A stretch of DNA of 30,864 nt from NCBI GenBank assembly GCA_039586365.1, contig JBDHKN010000059.1:1-30864 (forward strand), written 5' to 3'. The notes below the pieces were generated by a model, which saw only the letters and a program-made list of their open reading frames with translations, was not told the origin of the DNA and searched no databases. Positions 19,100-26,267 of this stretch are shown here, piece by piece. Position 1 is the first letter of the stretch; every line of letters starts with the position of its first letter. The position numbers and the translations under genes are program-made. This DNA comes from Gemmatimonadota bacterium. GTDB taxonomy: Bacteria > Gemmatimonadota > Gemmatimonadetes > Gemmatimonadales > GWC2-71-9.

Positions 19100-19522
19100 A
19101 TGCGAGCGAGATGCCAGCTAACCTATCTCGCTGCGGCAGTGACCGTCGTCGCTGCTGCGGGTGTTGTCACCGGCTGTGCCGCAACAACTGGTTTCGGCGA
19201 TCCAGACATCGGGGTTGCTACGTCGCAGGGTGTAACACTCTCCGTCGTGAACCGGAACTTCGAGGATGTGCGAGTATACCTACTGCGCGGTTCGACTCAG
19301 GTACCTGTTGGAACGGTGGCGGGTATGCAGTCACGCTCGTTCAGGATCTCGCCGGCCGAAATTGGCGGCTCGCGGGTGCTCCGGTTGTCGCTGGTGGCTA
19401 CTCCCTCGCGCGACAGGATTGCGATGATCCCTGTCGACGTCGAGCCTGGTTACGCGGTAGAGGCCTGGATCGCGACCAACCTGAGGCACTCGAACATCCG
19501 GATTCTGCCACAACTGCTCTAG
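19100..19522 (+). CDS. Small hypothetical lipoprotein
   Basis: Strong GGAAGGAGG RBS, signal peptide with lipobox VTGC, and a beta-rich 'VVNRNFEDVRVY..G..VGTV' domain. Confidence 0.7.
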   Translation: MRARCQLTYLAAAVTVVAAAGVVTGCAATTGFGDPDIGVATSQGVTLSVVNRNFEDVRVYLLRGSTQVPVGTVAGMQSRSFRISPAEIGGSRVLRLSLVATPSRDRIAMIPVDVEPGYAVEAWIATNLRHSNIRILPQLL

Positions 19523-19527
19523 CAGCC

Positions 19528-19730
19528 GGATTGCGTTCCCGGTGGCGGGGAACGGTTTCCCGGTCATCGGGAACGCTTAACCCGTTGTCAGGAACGTGTC
19601 CTCAACCGTTGGAAACCAGTTCTGACCAAGCGGGGACCCGTTTTCATCTATCCAGAACCCGTTGGCACCTGCTAGAAACCAGTTCGCACCCACCAGGCTC
19701 GCGTTCTCACCACCCGGAGCGCGTTCTCAG
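19528..19730 (+). repeat. Degenerate 21-bp-period tandem array (about 9-10 units)
   Basis: Units start at 19528, 19549, 19570, 19591, 19612, 19633, 19654, 19675 and 19696 (a further unit at about 19716). Consensus is roughly GGAACSNGTTCNCAN... Confidence 0.75.
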
Positions 19731-19756
19731 CGGGGCTGCCAGGCCTTCGGGTGGCG

Positions 19757-19783
19757 CTAAGTTGTTATCTGATATATAGATAG
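19757..19783. other. 27-bp AT-rich quasi-palindromic site A (TAAGTTGYTAT type)
   Basis: CTAAGTTGTTATCTGATATATAGATAG is 17/27 identical to the site at 23327-23353. Confidence 0.5.
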
Positions 19784-20155
19784 GCAGATAACCGACCCCT
19801 GGCAGCGGTCGGAGCCTCAGGGCGACGCCACTCACTCGCCCGTGACCACCGGAGAGCGTCCCGCTGCCGCTGGAGCGGGCTTTTCCTGGTGCCCTGCTCA
19901 CCCTAGCGGAGAGCGATGCGGCGCGACATCTTGAATCTCCAGCCGTCGAGCCACCGTACGTTGCTCAGAGCGCCAAGGTGGTTCTGTGGGCAGGCAAAGC
20001 TGCCTGTGTTTCATGAACCGAATGCGGGTGGTCGATCCTGAGCCTGCCGTCGCAGTAGACGCAGCTGTAGGCCGCCCATCCGAACAACAGGCCACTCGCT
20101 CACAGGCGCGGTCGTTCTGCGAAACCGAAGAACTCGCAGTGGGGGTTCCTTGGGC

Positions 20156-22729
20156 ATGATCGAGTTACGCACCCTCGGCCACCTCGAACTAACTGCCGAT
20201 GACGGCAGTGATGCGGCTACGCTCGTAGCCCAACCAAAGCGCTTTGCCCTGCTGTGCTACCTGGCAATCCCCAAGCCCGGCACCCTACACCGTCGTGACA
20301 CGCTGCTCGGCCTGTTCTGGCCCGAGGTCGATCACGAACACGCCCGCATGGACCTGCGCCAGGCGCTCCACTTCATACGGCATGTGCTGGGAGAAGACGC
20401 GTTGCTGCGGTGCGGCGACCAAGAGGTGGGAGTCAATCCGGATCGCGTGTGGTGTGATGCCGCCGAGTTTCAGCGAGCAGTGGACGAGGGAAGGTGGTCG
20501 GACGCGGTCGGGTTGTATCGCGGTGAGTTCCTGAAGGGGTTCCACGTTTCTGGTGATCCGGAGTTCGAGCGGTGGCTCGATCGGGAGCGGTCGCGCCTGG
20601 TACGCGCATACGCTGGGGCACTGGAACGGGCAGTCGACTCGGCGGTGGCCGGTGGTGACGTGCGTGGAGCCGTGGAATACTGTGAGCGTCTGGTCGAGCA
20701 CGATCGCTACAACTCGCGCTACGCGATGAAGCTGATGGAAGCGTTGGTGGCGGCGGGCGATCCCGCGAATGCGCTATTGTACGCGGAGCGGCATAGGGAG
20801 TTGTTGCGGGCAGAACTCGACATTGCACCGCCGCCGGAGCTAGATGCACTCACAAAGCGGATCCGGCTACAGCCCGAGACCCTGCGGCCTTTGGAAGGAC
20901 CGCAGAGTGAAGAGGATATGTTGCCGCAGTTGGGAGCGCCGGCTAGGCCGGGTGGTGGTGTGAGCCCGACCAGCACTACGCTCCCAAGTGCGGCAAAGAG
21001 CGGTTGGAAGGTGGCGGCGGTAACTGGTGCGTTTGCGGCAGTGATCGCTGTGATGGTGATCGTCATGCTCATCTCTCGCGAGGGCGGAGTGTCGCTCGAT
21101 CCCGAGCGTGTAGTAGTGGCAGTGTTCCGCAACGAGACGGGCGATGTGTCACTCGATTTGGTGGGTAGACTGGCCGGTCACTGGATCACGCAGGGCATTC
21201 AGCAGACGGGCACCGTGCAGGTCATGCCGTGGGAGACCGCGTTGCGATCGTGGCTCCACGTACAAGCAGAAGCCGACTCGGGTCGAGTGCTTGATCCTGT
21301 GCGCGCTTTGGCAGAGGAGACAGGTGCGGGGACCGTGATCTCGGGTGCGTATTACCTCGAGGGTGACACCATCCAGATCCAGGCTGAGGTGAACGATGCG
21401 ACGCAGGGGAGGCTCATCGGTTCGGTCGATCCGGTACGCGGGTCACGGGGCTACCCGAGCGAGCTTGTCGGACAGCTGCAGCAGCGTCTGATGAGTCTTC
21501 TGGCGATGAGGTATGACGAGCGACTGGCTGCGCCTTTTGATCTGGCTGGCAATCCTCCCACCTTCGAGGCATACCGAGTTTTCGACCAAGGTATGGAGAG
21601 GTTTCTCCGAAACGCACAACGAGATGCTCAGCCGTATTTCCGTCGCGCGATCGAGTTGGATTCGACTTATGCTGAGGCACTCCTGTTTCTTGCGGCCACG
21701 CACTGGAACCGAATGGAATATCCGCAGGCGGACACAGTGCTAAGATTGATGGACAGTATCGGTGAAAAGCTCTCGCCATACTACCGTTCATACGGGGAGG
21801 GCCTCCAGGCCGCCGTGGACGGCGATCTGGAGCGGGCACTGTCCGCTATCCGCCACGCTGCGGAAATGGCTCCGGGATCGAGGGCCTGGTATACCTACGG
21901 TGTCGTCTGCGGATGGACCAACCGGCCCCACGAGGCTGTCCGAGCGTTCCACGCCCTCGATCCGGAACGTGGGCCCATGCGAGGGTGGATTGGATACTGG
22001 TGGGAGTTGAGCAAAGTGCACCTCATGCTGGCTGAGTACGAGCAAGTCCATGAGGTGGCACAGCGAATCCGCCGCCTTCATCCTGATCAAGATGCGCGGG
22101 CTTTACTCTTGGAGGCCTTGGCTGCGGCCGGGCTGGGCCGTACGGAGGACCTCAGCAACGCATTGCAGCAGCTGATGAGTGAACCTGCGCCGGCCGGAGT
22201 GCGCACTGCGTTGCTTGACGCCACTCGAATTCTCCAGGCGATTGGGATGACGGACGCGGCACGAGATGTCGGTCGCCGAGCGGTTGCCTGGCTTGAGTCC
22301 AGACCACTCGACGAAATGGACACGGCTGCCCATCGATATGAGTACGGGTGGGCGTTGTACTTCACTGGGCGACATCGTGAAGCGCAAGAAATCTTCGATG
22401 GGCTCGTGGACGAGTATCGTGAATGGCCTTATGACCTGCGCCATCGAGGAGCGCGCGGATTCATTGCCGCCATCCGTGGTGATTCAGCACAAGCCCAGGA
22501 GGATTTGGAGTGGTTCGCAAACGTAGAGGGGCCCTATCTGCAGGGGGTTCACAAAGCCTATGGTGCCGTGGTCGCCGGTGCACTCGGCCAACGTGAAGCT
22601 GCGGTGATGCTGCTCCGGCAGGGGTACGCCGAGGGGACCGCGCACGTTTGGAACGACATGGTAGATCCGCAGTTTGAGCCGCTGCGCGGCTACGAGCCGT
22701 TTGAGGAATGGTTGCGGCCGAAGGGATAG
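20156..22729 (+). CDS. Membrane-anchored SARP/BTAD transcriptional regulator with TolB-like and TPR sensor domains
   Basis: N-terminal 'LRTLG..QPKRFALLCYLA..RRDTLLGLFWPE' winged HTH, BTAD 'DAAEF..LYRGEFL..FERWLDRER', TM helix 'VAAVTGAFAAVIAVMVIVMLI', 'VVVAVFRNETGD' domain and a TPR-like helical C-terminus. Confidence 0.85.
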   Translation: MIELRTLGHLELTADDGSDAATLVAQPKRFALLCYLAIPKPGTLHRRDTLLGLFWPEVDHEHARMDLRQALHFIRHVLGEDALLRCGDQEVGVNPDRVWCDAAEFQRAVDEGRWSDAVGLYRGEFLKGFHVSGDPEFERWLDRERSRLVRAYAGALERAVDSAVAGGDVRGAVEYCERLVEHDRYNSRYAMKLMEALVAAGDPANALLYAERHRELLRAELDIAPPPELDALTKRIRLQPETLRPLEGPQSEEDMLPQLGAPARPGGGVSPTSTTLPSAAKSGWKVAAVTGAFAAVIAVMVIVMLISREGGVSLDPERVVVAVFRNETGDVSLDLVGRLAGHWITQGIQQTGTVQVMPWETALRSWLHVQAEADSGRVLDPVRALAEETGAGTVISGAYYLEGDTIQIQAEVNDATQGRLIGSVDPVRGSRGYPSELVGQLQQRLMSLLAMRYDERLAAPFDLAGNPPTFEAYRVFDQGMERFLRNAQRDAQPYFRRAIELDSTYAEALLFLAATHWNRMEYPQADTVLRLMDSIGEKLSPYYRSYGEGLQAAVDGDLERALSAIRHAAEMAPGSRAWYTYGVVCGWTNRPHEAVRAFHALDPERGPMRGWIGYWWELSKVHLMLAEYEQVHEVAQRIRRLHPDQDARALLLEALAAAGLGRTEDLSNALQQLMSEPAPAGVRTALLDATRILQAIGMTDAARDVGRRAVAWLESRPLDEMDTAAHRYEYGWALYFTGRHREAQEIFDGLVDEYREWPYDLRHRGARGFIAAIRGDSAQAQEDLEWFANVEGPYLQGVHKAYGAVVAGALGQREAAVMLLRQGYAEGTAHVWNDMVDPQFEPLRGYEPFEEWLRPKG

Positions 22730-22839
22730 GATTGACGACTGACGAAGTGAAATGCGCTGGAGGGATGACGGACGAGTCCGGGGCATTGAAGAGACAGCAA
22801 AACGAAGAGCCGAGGCACGTCGCGCGTCCTCAGCTCTTG

Positions 22840-22873
22840 TGACGTAGCGAACAGGCTACGCGGCATCGCAGAC
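22840..22873. repeat. Imperfect inverted copy of the 5' half of the adjacent tRNA-like gene
   Basis: TGACGTAGCGAACAGGCTACGCGGCATCGCAGAC aligns with the tRNA 5' half TGGCGTGGCGAAACTGGCAAACGCGACAGCATCGCAGAC in the opposite orientation. Confidence 0.75.
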
Positions 22874-22918
22874 TCTGTCAACTTAGAACACTACATCCTA
22901 CCGTCAATGGCGCGGCGG

Positions 22919-23002
22919 TGCTGGCGGTGAGACTCGAACTCACAAGGGCTTTCGCCCAACGGTCTGCGATGCTGTCGCGTTTGCCAGTTTCGCCACGCCA
23001 GC
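22919..23002 (-). tRNA. tRNA-Leu-type (class II) body with aberrant anticodon arm (anticodon CGC); atypical or pseudo tRNA
   Basis: Minus strand: GCTGGCG TG GCG AAACTGGCAAA CGC G ACAGC ATCGCAG ACCGT TGGGCGAAAGCCCTT GTGAG TTCGAGT CTCAC CGCCAGC A (84 nt). Acceptor, D, variable and T stems are perfect. The anticodon stem has two A.C mismatches, and the gene is followed by CCG rather than CCA. Confidence 0.8.
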
Positions 23003-23326
23003 ACCTGAATCGGCGGCGAACCAAGGCAAGCTCTGACGCCAAGACGCGGGACATCGCACACGTTGCCGAGCCGCAGAGACATGCTACAGTTTGGGCTATC
23101 CCGGCGCGTAACCGTGTCATTGCATCGTGGCTCTGATTCGCGCGCCGCCAGTGCCTAGTGCCGACGGGTTCGCCCCTTGATGCACTTTGCACCCATTGGT
23201 ACGTCCGCGCCGTTAGCAGCGGGGCGTCCCCCGGTCTGCCTAAACGGCACCTCTACCATTGTCCCCGTGGCCGCGAATCGGCCTCGGCAGCCGCTGGTGA
23301 CCGGCTCCCATTCCGGCCTTTTTGAC

Positions 23327-23353
23327 GTAAGTTGCTATTTTATAATGATTTAC
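23327..23353. other. 27-bp AT-rich quasi-palindromic site B (TAAGTTGYTAT type)
   Basis: GTAAGTTGCTATTTTATAATGATTTAC has complementary GTAA/TTAC ends and is related to the site at 19757-19783. Confidence 0.5.
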
Positions 23354-23373
23354 ATCGACCGAACGACGTCTCG

Positions 23374-23604
23374 GATCGTCGATTTGAAGCTTCAAAACGC
23401 CGCTTGCCGACTTCGAATCTTCGATTCGGAGCTTCGAGACTCGCATTCGAAGATTCACGACCGCGATTCGAAGCTTCAGATCGTCGGTTCGGAGCTTCAA
23501 ATCGTCGATTCGAAGCTTTAGATCGTCGATTCGGAGCTTCGAATCCTCGATTCAGAGCTTTGAGACGTCGATTTCGAGCTTCAAGACATCGCTTCGAAGC
23601 TTCA
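23374..23604 (+). repeat. 21-bp tandem array, 11 units, consensus RATCGTCGATTCGRAGCTTCR
   Basis: Exact 21-bp phasing from 23374, for example GATCGTCGGTTCGGAGCTTCA, AATCGTCGATTCGAAGCTTTA and GATCGTCGATTCGGAGCTTCG. Confidence 0.92.
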
Positions 23605-23858
23605 AAATCATGCCAAAACGGCGGGAAGCGTCCGCCACCAAAGGTCCGCAACGGCCGAGCGGAACAGTTCCCAACACACCACAAACCTCAGAAAGAGGAT
23701 AGCACCATGCCGTTCAATATGTTTCCCACAGCAGGGCGATTTCCCATGCCGCGTAGCCATACATGGGAACCAACCTGCAGAACCGCCCGAAAACCCCGTC
23801 CTGACGCGGGAAAGCCCACTTCACCACCCACCCAATTCCGTTACCCATCCCTTACTCG

Positions 23859-24440
23859 TCAATCGTCAATCGTCACTCCCGCCCCTGCTTCAAACGCCTG
23901 CCGATTGAGGCTCAATAGCTTTTCAGGAATACGATCCTGCATGACACTGTCCCACACATCTGCGGGGATGTCGAGGAACTCCGCCAGCGTGCCCAACAAC
24001 ACCACATTCGCCGCGCGGTGGTTGCCCAGCTCGATGGCCCTCTCGGTGGCTTTGACCGCGATAACCTTGTACCCCTTCTCCTTCAGGAAATCGATGGCGT
24101 GCTCGGGGTACGGCCGGTCGTCGGCAGTGCGGAGTGGTTTCACCTCGTGGTCGTTTACGATGACCGTACCGCCGGGCTTCACGAAGTGGGCGTACCGCAG
24201 GGCTTCGAGTTTCTCGAGCGCCACCAGGTAGTCCACCGCACCGAGCGGAGTCATCGGTGAATGCACCCGATCGCCAAAGCGCACGTGGCTGAATACCGCT
24301 CCACCCCGTTGTGCCACTCCGTGGAACTCTCCCTGCTTGACATCCTTGCCGGCGGCCAGCGCGGCGAGAGCCAGTAGCTCGCTGGCGAGCACCGCTCCCT
24401 GTCCTCCGACGCCGGCAATCAGCACGTTGGTTACCGCCAT
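23859..24440 (-). CDS. iorB: Indolepyruvate:ferredoxin oxidoreductase beta subunit
   Basis: ATG 24440 with a GGAGG RBS. Motifs 'LIAGVGGQG', 'EFHGVAQRGGAVFSHVR', 'LEKLEALRY' and 'AANVVLLG'. Confidence 0.92.
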   Translation of the reverse strand: MAVTNVLIAGVGGQGAVLASELLALAALAAGKDVKQGEFHGVAQRGGAVFSHVRFGDRVHSPMTPLGAVDYLVALEKLEALRYAHFVKPGGTVIVNDHEVKPLRTADDRPYPEHAIDFLKEKGYKVIAVKATERAIELGNHRAANVVLLGTLAEFLDIPADVWDSVMQDRIPEKLLSLNRQAFEAGAGVTIDD

Positions 24441-24442
24441 GC

Positions 24443-26176
24443 TCACACCTCCTCCACTAGATGGATCGCCTCCACCGGGCACAGCTGGGCGCACAGGGAA
24501 CAACCCATGCATTCCCACTGGCGGATAAACGGCGCCCCATCCTGCTGCACCAGTGCCGGACAACCGGTCTCGAAGCACTCCTCGCACAGGATGCATTCAT
24601 CCTCGTCCACATGGTAAGGAGTGTGGACAGCCGCTTTCTCCTCGGGCAACAACCCGCAGTGCCGCCGAGCGATTACCACGGCCGGGCCATCGTACTCCAA
24701 GCCGGCCTTGATGGCCTGTTCGGTACCCGCCAGGTTCCACGGGTCTACCACCGTGACGTGCTGCACCCCGATCGACCGGATCATCGCCTCGTAATCCACC
24801 GCGGGCGCGTCACTCCCGTCGAGGGTGTGACCGGTTCCGGGGTGTTCTTGGTGACCGGTCATTCCGGTGGTGCCGTTGTCCAGCAGAATCGTGGTCGTGG
24901 GCACCTTGTTGTACACGGCGCTCATCAGACTGGGAAAGCCGCTGTGCAGGAAGGTCGAATCGCCGATCACGGCAACCACACGATCCTCACCGGCCGCGTT
25001 GAACCCGCTGGCGTTGCCGATGCTCGCACCCATGCAGAAGGTGGTGTGCATGGCGGTGAACGGCGGCAGGCAGCCCAGGGTGTAGCAGCCGATGTCGCCT
25101 GTCACCAACACGCCCATCTTGGACAATGTGCTGAACACACTGCGGTGGGGGCATCCCGCACACATCACCGGAGGCCGCGGCAGTATGGCAATTTCCGACC
25201 CGAACCCGCCGGGCACCGGCTTCTCCTGGAAACCGTTTGCCACCAGGTCCGCACTCAGCTCCCCGATGTTGGTGAAGCGCTCCTTGCCGATCACGTTCGA
25301 GATGCCAAGACTCGCCATCTCACCCTGGATGAAACCCTCGCTCTCCTCGACCACAAACACCCGCTCGAACCGAGCGCAGAACTCCTTGAGCCGCTGCTCG
25401 GGAAGCGGGTAGAGCATGCCCAGCTTGAATACCGTTGCCTCGGGCACGACCTCCTTGACGTACTGGTAGGGAATCCCGTGGCTCACCACACCGATCTTGG
25501 GATCACCTTCCTCTATTATGTTCCCCTCGAACTGCTCGGCGAACTCGCGCAGGCGGCCCAGCTTCGCTTCGAGTTCCGGGCGGCGAAACCGGGCGTACAC
25601 CGGGATCGCGTATTGGCTCGCCTTGCGCGAGAACAGCCTGCGCTCCACCGCGACGCGCTCACCCGGCTCCACCACACCCCTGGTGTGTGCCAGTCGCGTG
25701 GTGGTGCGGAACATGACCGGGGTCTCGAACCGCTCGCTCAGCTCGAAAGCCGTCTTGATCATCTCCCGCGCATCGGCAGCGTCCACCGGCTCCAGCACCG
25801 GCACCTTCGCCACCTTGGCGAAGTAGCGGCTGTCCTGTTCGTTCTGGGACGAGTACATGCCGGGATCGTCGGCCACCAACACCACAAAGCCGGCATTGGT
25901 GCCGGCATAGGGCAGCACCATGAACGGATCGGCCGCTACGTTGAGTCCCACGTGCTTCATCGTCACCATGGCCCGCACCCCGCCCAGCGCGGCGCCGACA
26001 CACTCGTCGAAAGCGACTTTCTCGTTGGTCGACCAGTGCGCATCTACTTCCGGGTACTGCGCCAGGTTCTCCAGCACCTCCGTGCTGGGAGTACCGGGGT
26101 AGCCGGCAGCGAACACGAGACCGGCCTCCCACGCTCCCCGGGCGATCGCCTCGTTACCGGACATCAAAGTCTTCAC
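24443..26176 (-). CDS. iorA: Indolepyruvate:ferredoxin oxidoreductase alpha subunit
   Basis: 'LMSGNEAIARG', 'GYPGTPSTE', 'MKHVGLNVAADP', 'CAGCPH', 'GDIGCY', ThDP motif 'GDSTFLHSG..DN' and a C-terminal 2x[4Fe-4S] domain. Confidence 0.95.
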   Translation of the reverse strand: MKTLMSGNEAIARGAWEAGLVFAAGYPGTPSTEVLENLAQYPEVDAHWSTNEKVAFDECVGAALGGVRAMVTMKHVGLNVAADPFMVLPYAGTNAGFVVLVADDPGMYSSQNEQDSRYFAKVAKVPVLEPVDAADAREMIKTAFELSERFETPVMFRTTTRLAHTRGVVEPGERVAVERRLFSRKASQYAIPVYARFRRPELEAKLGRLREFAEQFEGNIIEEGDPKIGVVSHGIPYQYVKEVVPEATVFKLGMLYPLPEQRLKEFCARFERVFVVEESEGFIQGEMASLGISNVIGKERFTNIGELSADLVANGFQEKPVPGGFGSEIAILPRPPVMCAGCPHRSVFSTLSKMGVLVTGDIGCYTLGCLPPFTAMHTTFCMGASIGNASGFNAAGEDRVVAVIGDSTFLHSGFPSLMSAVYNKVPTTTILLDNGTTGMTGHQEHPGTGHTLDGSDAPAVDYEAMIRSIGVQHVTVVDPWNLAGTEQAIKAGLEYDGPAVVIARRHCGLLPEEKAAVHTPYHVDEDECILCEECFETGCPALVQQDGAPFIRQWECMGCSLCAQLCPVEAIHLVEEV

Positions 26177-26267
26177 TGACTGTCTCCTCCCGGCCGGTTC
26201 AGTGCTGCTTGTGTGGCCTGTATCCGGAGTTTACGACCGAATGCGTTGGCAACTGAGCCCCAGCCCA

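Noticed and set aside
19000..19779. 259-aa Cys-rich ORF
   Set aside because: It overlaps the lipoprotein gene, which has the RBS and lipobox, in another frame and runs through the repeat array.
22838..22909. Second, plus-strand degenerate tRNA
   Set aside because: Only a D-arm-like hairpin and a 5-bp TGACG/CGTCA pairing are present. There is no TTCG T-loop or proper anticodon stem, so it is treated as an inverted partial copy.
22954..23220. Integron attC site starting at GCCCAAC
   Set aside because: No matching GTTRRRY at a suitable distance and no integrase. The heptamer is part of the tRNA variable-arm region.
23322..23346. Sigma70 promoter TTGACG...TATAAT
   Set aside because: The spacer is only 13 bp and no credible gene follows on the plus strand. 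It is better explained as part of the 27-bp site.
23332..24231. 299-aa plus-strand ORF and the other ORFs over the 21-bp array
   Set aside because: They are low-complexity products of the repeat, and the long one runs antisense into iorB. No RBS or recognisable domain.
24461..26179. 572-aa plus-strand ORF, and similar long antisense ORFs at 27201-28229, 14080-15168 and 7283-8308
   Set aside because: Shadow ORFs opposite well-supported genes, as expected from high-GC codon bias.
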